A stretch of DNA of 8,389 bases, taken from positions 1 through 8,389 of the forward strand of contig JBHGNT010001445.1 of the NCBI GenBank assembly GCA_043228905.1. Reading direction: 5' to 3'. The translations under genes and the position numbers were made by a program. The notes beneath the pieces were generated by a model. It searched no databases, was not told the origin of the DNA, and was given only the letters and a program-made list of their open reading frames with translations. Every line of letters starts with the position of its first letter. The stretch's first letter is position 1. Below are positions 1 to 6,242 of this stretch, one piece after another. The stretch comes from Azolla caroliniana. Its lineage: Eukaryota; Plantae; Polypodiophyta.

Positions 1-338
1 CCACTTCGAGGACTATTAATTGATGTCAGTTGCGTTGTGTGGTCGAGCATTCGTAAACCTTAGTTTAGGTGCCATTGATGTTGTGCTTAAAACAAGCAAT
101 TGCAAATACAACTCAATGGTTTGAAGTGAAGAACAAACCTTAGCTCCCTCATTAAGGTTCCTATCATATGTTACATTATCAACTCCAATGAGAAACCCAT
201 CTATGCCATTGGATTCTCAAGTACTATCTCCATTGACCATGATGAATGGGTTAGTCATCATATCATCACACCAACAAGGCTGAATATAGAAATTCATTTT
301 GGTTCTAAATGTTTGACAAGCAAAATTGGGTAACGTGG

Positions 339-1439
339 AACATTGTCGTTTTCTTATTCTCGAGAGTTTGCGACAATATTTATGTGATGGGGTTGCTATT
401 CGGTACCCTTCCTTGGACAATGGTGAACGAGATGATCAGGGGCACCACAAAAAAGATAGACATCATTGTCTTGTTGTGTTATTGTTGGGCATCCATCAAT
501 GGTTGAAATCGGGTCCGATCGATCTCCATAAGGATGTGAGTATCGGTGGAGGATGTTTATCTTGATCTAGTAGGTGAGATTGACTTATGTAGTTGTATTA
601 TTGAAGCATTTTGTGCATAGGAGGGAGGCCCTTGGGTCGCTTGCTTGTCTTGGCAAAATTCAAAGAGACGATTATCGCATTAGATTGCTTGCAACAATGA
701 GGTGGGCTTGGAGGCCTTAGTGAAAATATTCACACATAGGGCTTGTTCCCCTTAGTTGACATTAATAATGAGTTATTGGAATTGTAAAGATTGTGTAGAA
801 CATGATGCTCACGAACCGTGTTCTAAAGTGTAAAGTTTGGTGACTACCATTCAACATTGACTTGTCGCCCAAAATGTGTCCTTGAGACTTGCAAGGAATT
901 AAGGAGAAGTTTTCTAGAAGAGGTGACGAGGTTTCGACCAAAGGCGCAAACTAGGCTTGCATTGGTCTAGAGAGAAAAGTCCCAACAAGATAGACCCGAT
1001 GGAAGTCGTCGACATATCAGTGGGGTTGTAGCTAAATGATAAGATGACCTTGATTTATGAACCCCTAAAGATGCACATTTGTTCCATCAAATTTATTGGG
1101 TAGGCTAACCTTTAGTTCTAGGGCCTAGGGATAAAAAAGAGAAGGAACTAGGTAGGGTTTCACTGCTGGTAAACTAGATTCATTAGGCTCGTGATTCATG
1201 TGCGTGATGGATTGGAGTTCTTGTATTGATTCCCAAAGTTTTTTTTTTTCACCTTGGAGTTGTTGTGTGGTCACCATGATTTGGCTTTTGTGTTCAAAAA
1301 GGGAAGGAATTAGGTTGGGTGTCACTGTTGGTAAACTGGATTCATTAGGCTTGTGATTCATGTGCGTGATAGATTGGAGTTCTTGTATTGATTCCCAAAG
1401 TTTTTTATTTTCACCTTGGAGTTGTTGTGTGGTCACCAT
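339..1439 (-). pseudogene. gag: Degraded Ty3/Gypsy gag (Tf1/sushi/Tcn1 chromovirus-like, PEG10-type capsid), element A
   Basis: Manual minus-strand translation continues in frame past the TAG at 1125-1127: ALELKVSLPNKFDGTNVHL*GFINQGHLII*LQPH*YVDDFHRVYLVGTFLSRPMQA*FAPLVETSSPLLENF. Later segments: AI*CDNRLFE (about 655-690), LMEIDRTRFQPL (about 495-532), a degenerate zinc knuckle Y-x2-C-x4-H-x4-C (YLFCGAPDHLVHHC, 417-458) and ENDNV (339-353). Many stops and frameshifts; no protease found downstream. Confidence 0.85.
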
Positions 1440-1457
1440 GATTTGGCTTTTGTGTTC
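1134..1457. repeat. Tandem duplication, 2 x 162 bp (1134-1295 and 1296-1457), at the gag N-terminus
   Basis: The 54-aa unit EHKSQ...PSLF occurs twice in ORF 1125..1472; 9 nucleotide differences and no indels by manual alignment. Confidence 0.97.
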
Positions 1458-1462
1458 AATGT

Positions 1463-1473
1463 TTGACAACAAT
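1463..1473 (-). promoter_or_regulatory. Putative self-priming primer binding site of element A
   Basis: Minus-strand ATTGTTGTCAA lies between the LTR-like region and gag and pairs over 11 nt (one G-U) with TTGATAACAAT (1602-1592). No TGG-initiated tRNA PBS is present. Confidence 0.5.
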
Positions 1474-1730
1474 AACTATGAGCATCGACTTAGGAAAAGA
1501 GAAAGAGAAACACTAACTAAGAATAAAGTGAGCTAGAGCTACGAGCAAAAGAATTGAACTATGAGTTCCATAACTGGCGTTCTTCACCTTGATTGTTATC
1601 AATGTGAGCACATATCTTTATGCAAGGCATTGGGAAGCATGCATACGAAGAAAGTTCTAGAAATGCTCATGCTCTAGTGGATTTTGGTAGAAATAAAGTT
1701 CTTGAGAATTTTAGAATATATACACTTACA
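1474..1730 (-). mobile_element. Probable 5' LTR of element A (boundaries approximate)
   Basis: Non-coding region directly upstream of the PBS and gag; begins TGTAAG on the minus strand at 1730; degenerate TATA (CATAAA, 1622-1617). No partner LTR in the window to confirm. Confidence 0.5.
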
Positions 1731-1740
1731 TACAACCATT

Positions 1741-2031
1741 TGTAATATAGTATGCATTAATTGATTTTAGAAAGCGAATAGCAAAGTGGTAAAGACTATT
1801 CATTGTGTGGAAGGGTTCAAGTTGGAATCCTAGTTGATAGGTGGCAAGCATGCACAAGTCTAACAATGCTATAAAATCAACTTCTTTAGTCATTGATGAA
1901 TCATTCTAGTAAATAATACCAGTCTTCGATATATTCATGTAATCTTGTTCGTCTCGTTCTCCTCTCATTTTCTCTATTCTTATTTTATTCACTTCTATAG
2001 TTTTATCTTATTCTAGGATACAAGCTTAACA
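1741..2031 (+). mobile_element. Probable 5' LTR of Gypsy element B
   Basis: Starts TGTAA, ends TTAACA, has CTATAAAA at 1869-1876 and a T-rich U5-like segment, and lies upstream of a gag fragment. No partner LTR in the window. Confidence 0.55.
1772..1835 (+). other. Degenerate tRNA-like (Pol III A/B box) segment
   Basis: A box TAGCAAAGTGG (1779-1789) and B-box-like AGTTGGAATCC (1820-1830) at tRNA-like spacing; no intact cloverleaf. Confidence 0.45.
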
Positions 2032-2145
2032 GTTTGAACCCAAACAACCTCTCATCTCATTTTGTCTATTCTTATTTTATTCACTTCTATAATTTTATCG
2101 TGTTATAGGATACAAGCTTAATAGTTTGAACCAAAATAACCTCTC
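1964..2145. repeat. Tandem duplication with a 92-bp period (1964-2055 and 2056-2145)
   Basis: TATTCTTATTTTATTCACTTCTATA at 1975 and 2067; AGGATACAAGCTTAA at 2015 and 2107; about 8 mismatches. Confidence 0.95.
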
Positions 2146-2180
2146 CTTTTTTTGAGAGTTTTTCAAGATTTATCGTCACA

Positions 2181-2497
2181 ATGGAGTCTGTCAACAAGCT
2201 AGTGTACATGCATGTTCGCTCTAATCTTGATTGTTTATCAACCAAAATTGTGGCATTATAGGAAGGAAATTACCAAATATTGCTTGGAGATTTACGACAA
2301 CTAAGGATTGAGGAAGCACAAAAACATTTTGAAGTTGCCAAAACACATTTTCCAACTTGGCGCAAGTTTATTAATATCTTTGCATCAACGAGGTTCAAGC
2401 TTCCAAAGCCCCAACAAGGAGCCAATGATCAACATACCAAGAAATTTTGATGGTATTCAATCTCAAATTTGAGGATTTTTAAACCAATTGTGGCTTG
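2181..2497 (+). pseudogene. gag: N-terminal gag fragment of a second Tcn1/sushi-like Gypsy (element B)
   Basis: ATG at 2181 gives MESVNKLVYMHVRSNLDCLSTKIVAL*EGNYQILLGDLRQLRIEE (coiled-coil-like). After a frameshift it reads PNKEPMINIPRNFDGIQSQI*GFLNQLWL, the same motif as ELKVSLPNKFDG..GFINQ in element A. Similarity stops abruptly at 2497. Confidence 0.75.
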
Positions 2498-2627
2498 CAT
2501 AGTTCTAGCCATACGTCCCATTCGTGCCATACTCATACGTAAAAAGGCTTCGAGTATGATTGAAATCCATACGCGGTACATAGATATAATCATATATATA
2601 CATACGGTGTACGTACTACATAGTCTC

Positions 2628-2659
<32 letters not shown>

Positions 2660-2670
2660 AGAAAGAAAGA
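2628..2670. repeat. Compound microsatellite (TG)5(GA)11 grading into (GAAA)n, at the LINE 3' junction
   Basis: Read directly from the sequence. Confidence 0.97.
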
Positions 2671-2824
2671 TATATTAATGTCTTCTAAGGCCAAATTTGG
2701 CCCATGAGACAATTGGTTTACAACAAAAATGAGTGTTTATCCAATCATCAAAACTAAAATAAAAGAAAATAGCTTAAGCTAAGAGAGTTCTAGTAGTGTA
2801 CAAAACTTTGCACTAAGCCTAATC

Positions 2825-4843
2825 TCATTTCCACCCAAGTCTCTCAAAAAGAAGTGGGGGGTCAAAAGTTTTTGGTGTGGGTGTGACCCATGGTCCTGGT
2901 GTATAGAGTGCCCTAGCCATGGCTTCTAGGCGGTGTAGTTCACATTCCCTTATTTTCTTTATTGCTTCTACATCTCGTCGAGTTGATTTGAAACCCAACA
3001 TCCAAGGGAGTTTGGTTCTTCTTTGATTTTTTGCTTCATCAAGGAAAAGCCCGAGTGGTGCAGGTGTGTCGACATTCATTGTCTCCCCATGTTCCTGAAA
3101 AACTTCATTTGTTACATGTTGGTAAACATTAACAACATTATTATCAACGTTTTGTAACTTATTCTCTTTGTTTTGTTTCAATTCTAAGATGTATCTACCT
3201 AATTTCTTTATATCTAGTGTATCTAATAGTTTAGGGAGGGTGGGAGAGGAACCAAGTATGTCTTGGTATTTTGCCCTTATCTCGGCATAGGTGGGGCATT
3301 TGCATGTAAAATGGTACTCATCCCCTCTATCTCTATGAGGCATAACCTACATATCCTTTCCTCCCTAGGGACTCCATTCGTACGCCCATCCTCAATCTCA
3401 AGTTGGTGAGATGATATTCTAAGTTGACCAATGGCAACCCTTAGTGCATGTGGTAAGAATACATCTAGATATCTTGGCTGTGTGATAAAACCTAACCTAG
3501 AGAAGTGCATAAAGTGTTCCTTATAGTACGACATTTTAGATGGGAGTGGCTCTAGTGGGGTGATCCATTTATACCGAGTATAAATTTGCCATATTTCTTG
3601 GCGTATTACTTTATTACGGTCCTCATGAGATTAAAGTGTTATCAGTCGTGTGGTCGTACTTAAGGGGGGGGAGGTTATTAATGTCTAGACCGTTGGCAAG
3701 AAGCCAACTCACCATCATGCCATACCATGAGCTAGTATAGCCGGATTCATATAGTGCTCGAGAAGCCTTAAAGGCTTGGTGGGATATTCTATCAAGTGGT
3801 TGGTTATGTATCTTGTGGATAAAGACTACAAGTTGAAAAAGTGCTTCTACTAACATAGGGGGTAGAGTGAACTCAACCCTAATAATGTCATGTGGGACTG
3901 ACGATTTGCTTCGGAGTTGGCGTGATAACATCATCACCAATGGTCTCTCTAATTGCGTCCACATGAAAGATGGTAGTCCTGGAGCCCAAACCGCTGATGC
4001 ATACATGAGAGAGGGAGTCACTAATGAGTCAAAGAGCCACCCTTTAGTTCGTGAATCTTGGAAGTATGCTTGGTGGCATTGTCTCTTGAGGAGTGAGAGG
4101 GATGCATGTCCTCTTGTAAGTCTATCCTTCGCTGCTTGTGTCATCGAAAATTTACCTGAGCAGGCATTGAAAGTGACTCCGAGATAGACTATGCCCATCT
4201 GGTGCCGACTGCCAAGTTCGAGCAAATGATGGCCAAAGCTCGTGGCGTCTGCACCTTGATCCTTTGATCTACGTGTGGTGTCTATGTCTAAAGGATCGAC
4301 ATTTACCATTTCTAGGTTTCTGTTCATTTGAAATATTGTGCATTGTCGGGATTGGGTTCTCGCATTAAAGTCTCCTACAAGGAATACTTCTCCTTGGGAA
4401 GAATATCGGATTATGTCATCCGATAGAGGTTCATATGGGGAAGGCCCATGTGGCACTCCTTCATCAACTAATCTCGCCTCGCCAGCCAAATTATAACGAG
4501 AGCCTTTCGGGGGGAAGTAACAAATGGCGAAAAATACTGCCTTGTCCTTGCTTGTGGAGACTTTCACCAACATAAAACGAGCTTTTGGGACTGTGCTCAG
4601 TATTTCTATCCTATTATGTAGCTCCCTCCGAAACAATATTGTGACACCTCCAGATCCCCTGGTAGTGCATCGACGTGAGGTTTGTCTAAAAGCCGACTCC
4701 CAACGAAATCCTTCGACTCATGAAAGTCCCCTATTTGGGCTTTGCTGTGTTTCTACTAGGCAAACTATATTTGATTCCTTTAATATCTCCTCTAGACTGC
4801 CGGGGTGTGTCCAAAGTGCACCGTTACAATTCCATAAGGTCAT
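2825..4843 (-). pseudogene. LINE ORF2 remnant: APE endonuclease (partial), post-RT region and CCHC zinc finger; RT core missing
   Basis: APE motifs MTLWNCNG (ATG 4843), IVCLVET, GSGGVTILFR, AICYFPP and VFLVGDFNART. TGA at 4718-4720; jump to VYLGVTF at about 4189; frameshifts near 3630 and 3325; finger C-x2-C...H-x4-C at about 3298-3352; stop at 2825. Confidence 0.9.
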
Positions 4844-4879
4844 CCTAAGTGTGTTTTCTGTCACATGGGCCACACGCCG

Positions 4880-5119
4880 TCAATTAGTAGTGAGATCATT
4901 TATGATCACTCGCCCATCTCGATAAAAGGCGCGATGCCTTTCTTTACGAGCTTGCATAACCTTTTGCATACAACTCTTGCGATGCTCAATTTGCATCTTG
5001 GTGAGGTCTTCATCGAGATAGATAGGGTCCCCACCCAGTCCTTGAAGAATTGGTCTCTTCTTAAAGAAAGTGATTCTAGAGTCTAAGTCTTTAAATTGAA
5101 GAACTAAGGCTCTCTTTCT
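4880..5119 (-). pseudogene. LINE ORF1 C-terminal fragment (L1 ORF1p/RRM-CTD-like)
   Basis: RKRALVLQFKD...IYLDEDLTKMQIEHRK...ARKERHRAFYRDGRVIIN resembles the 'I.I.EDLT...R' C-terminus of LINE ORF1 proteins. The first 17 aa of the track ORF (5120-5170) derive from flanking microsatellite DNA. Confidence 0.75.
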
Positions 5120-5120
5120 A

Positions 5121-5136
5121 GAGAGAGAGAGAGAGA
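5121..5136. repeat. (GA)8 at the LINE 5' junction
   Basis: Read directly from the sequence. Confidence 0.95.
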
Positions 5137-5211
5137 TCATGGGTTCAACCCCTACATTCCACAATGGCATCTAGTGAAATAGAGATATATATGAAGTATA
5201 TAATAGAGAGG

Positions 5212-5283
5212 TGAGGAAATTGGGTTTCGAACCCAAGACACAGTGCTTGTAGTGTTATCGACTTACCACTAGGGTAAGCTAAT
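5212..5283 (-). other. tRNA-derived (SINE-head-like) segment
   Basis: Perfect T-arm TTGGG-TTCGAAA-CCCAA (5236-5220) and A-box-like TACCCTAGTGG (5276-5266); anticodon and acceptor stems do not pair. Confidence 0.55.
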
Positions 5284-5308
5284 TACGATAATTAGCTTAC
5301 CATAAAAA

Positions 5309-5540
5309 GAGAGAGAGAGAGCATGTGTGGTCTAGAGAGAGATGCCCTGTTTTGCATGTGTGAGGAGACAATGGTTGAGTGTATGTCTAGAGAGAGAGAG
5401 AGAGAGGAGCTAAGGGTTTTGTTTGTGTGAGGGAGAGAGAAGCTCTATCAAAGTGTGTGTGTGTGTCATACGTCACTTTTGTTCCCAACAAATTATGAAT
5501 ATCAGAAAAAAAAACTAAAAAAAACTAAAAGGAAAAAAAA
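5309..5540. repeat. Low-complexity GA/GT microsatellite cluster and A-rich tract
   Basis: (GA)n at 5309-5320, 5335-5342 and about 5389-5406; (TG)n at 5454-5465; A-rich tract at 5506-5540. Confidence 0.9.
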
Positions 5541-5593
5541 TCCAAACGAATGTCGCGTATTATACCCGAACGTATGCAAACGTTCACGTACGT

Positions 5594-6242
5594 TGTCGCG
5601 TTACTACACGCGTGCGTGGAGAAACGAGGCGGGACCACCGGGGTCTTGAACCAAAGAGCAGGTGATAGAAGGGGAAAGAGAAAGAGAGAGACGTTCGGTT
5701 ACCTATGAGCAAAGAAACACAGGGACACGGTCCTGTCAATGCAGAAGACACGAATGGACAGAGAGACAGAGAGACACGAATATTTGTATATTAATGAATG
5801 ACAAATAAACAACAGAGCACGCGAGCGGTTACAACCGAACAGGCCGGCGAACAGATGCCGATGCCTGCTCGTCTGCGCACGAAAGGGGATAGGATGGAGG
5901 TGCTGCCGGAAGCACACGGGCGTTCCTTGAAGCAGCGCGAGCCTCCCGAAAACCTGCAAAGAAGAGCGATGGAGAACGAACAGAGGAGAAGCATTCGGTT
6001 TCGGTCCGACAACACTTCGTCCTCCTCAATAATGCCCTTATCTCCCCGCGTCTCCCTCTCTTTTATAGCTTCAAGAAGGGAGCTGTTTCCCTCATTAACT
6101 TCCTACCTACTGAATCTAACTACCTAGGATATACCCTTGTACCTAATTCTCTATTATACACATTAAAGGGCGTGCACGCGTGAAGAGCCGGTTCACGCGT
6201 GCTATGCACCGATTGCGCTAAGGGACGGTTTTCTTCACGACA
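5594..6242 (-). repeat. 3' LTR of element C (649 bp)
   Basis: Minus strand begins TGTCGTG right after the PPT and ends CGCGACA (terminal inverted repeat 6/7); internal TATA box. Confidence 0.82.
6061..6068 (-). promoter_or_regulatory. LTR TATA box (CTATAAAA)
   Basis: Canonical plant TATA about 175 nt into the LTR on the element sense strand. Confidence 0.65.

Larger units (their letters stand above)
2671..5119 (-). mobile_element. 5'-truncated, internally deleted non-LTR retrotransposon (LINE, RTEX-like)
   Basis: ORF1 C-terminus, APE endonuclease, post-RT region, CCHC finger and about 150 nt of 3' UTR ending at a (TC)n tract, all in order on the minus strand. Clade inferred from the SHQLEIEDGR..RICRLC..DEYHF..CP motif. 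Confidence 0.9.
2498..5593. mobile_element. Putative non-autonomous DNA transposon (hAT-like) remnant, interrupted by the LINE and cut by the Gypsy LTR
   Basis: Begins CATAGTT exactly where gag B stops. CATACG occurs at 2510, 2534, 2568, 2601 and 5467, and inverted (CGTATG) at 5571. ATACGtccCATTCGT (2511-2525) is mirrored by ACGAATGtcgCGTAT (5546-5560). No second TIR or TSD is visible. Confidence 0.35.

Noticed and set aside
308-319. AATGTTTGACAA, also present at 1458-1469
   Set aside because: An isolated 12-mer match is expected by chance in an AT-rich window of this size.
1134-2145. CRISPR-like array from the tandem repeats
   Set aside because: Two-copy duplications without spacers in a eukaryotic transposon context.
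2469-2678. 69-aa ORF ending in ERERER
   Set aside because: Crosses an element junction and translates a microsatellite.
3867-5086. Plus-strand ORFs 3867..4187, 4524..4925 and 4865..5086
   Set aside because: Antisense to LINE ORF1 and ORF2.
5212-5283. Functional tRNA gene (also considered at 1772-1835)
   Set aside because: No paired acceptor or anticodon stems.
5551-5558. TGTCGCGT as an alternative LTR end
   Set aside because: It sits within the motif mirrored at 2511-2525, so 5594 is preferred; not fully excluded without the 5' LTR.
5455-5649. 64-aa Lys-rich ORF
   Set aside because: Translation of TG repeats and an A-tract across the LTR junction.
5699-6127. ORFs inside the LTR, including 5798..6127 (+)
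   Set aside because: Short, no domain signature, and located in a GC-rich LTR.
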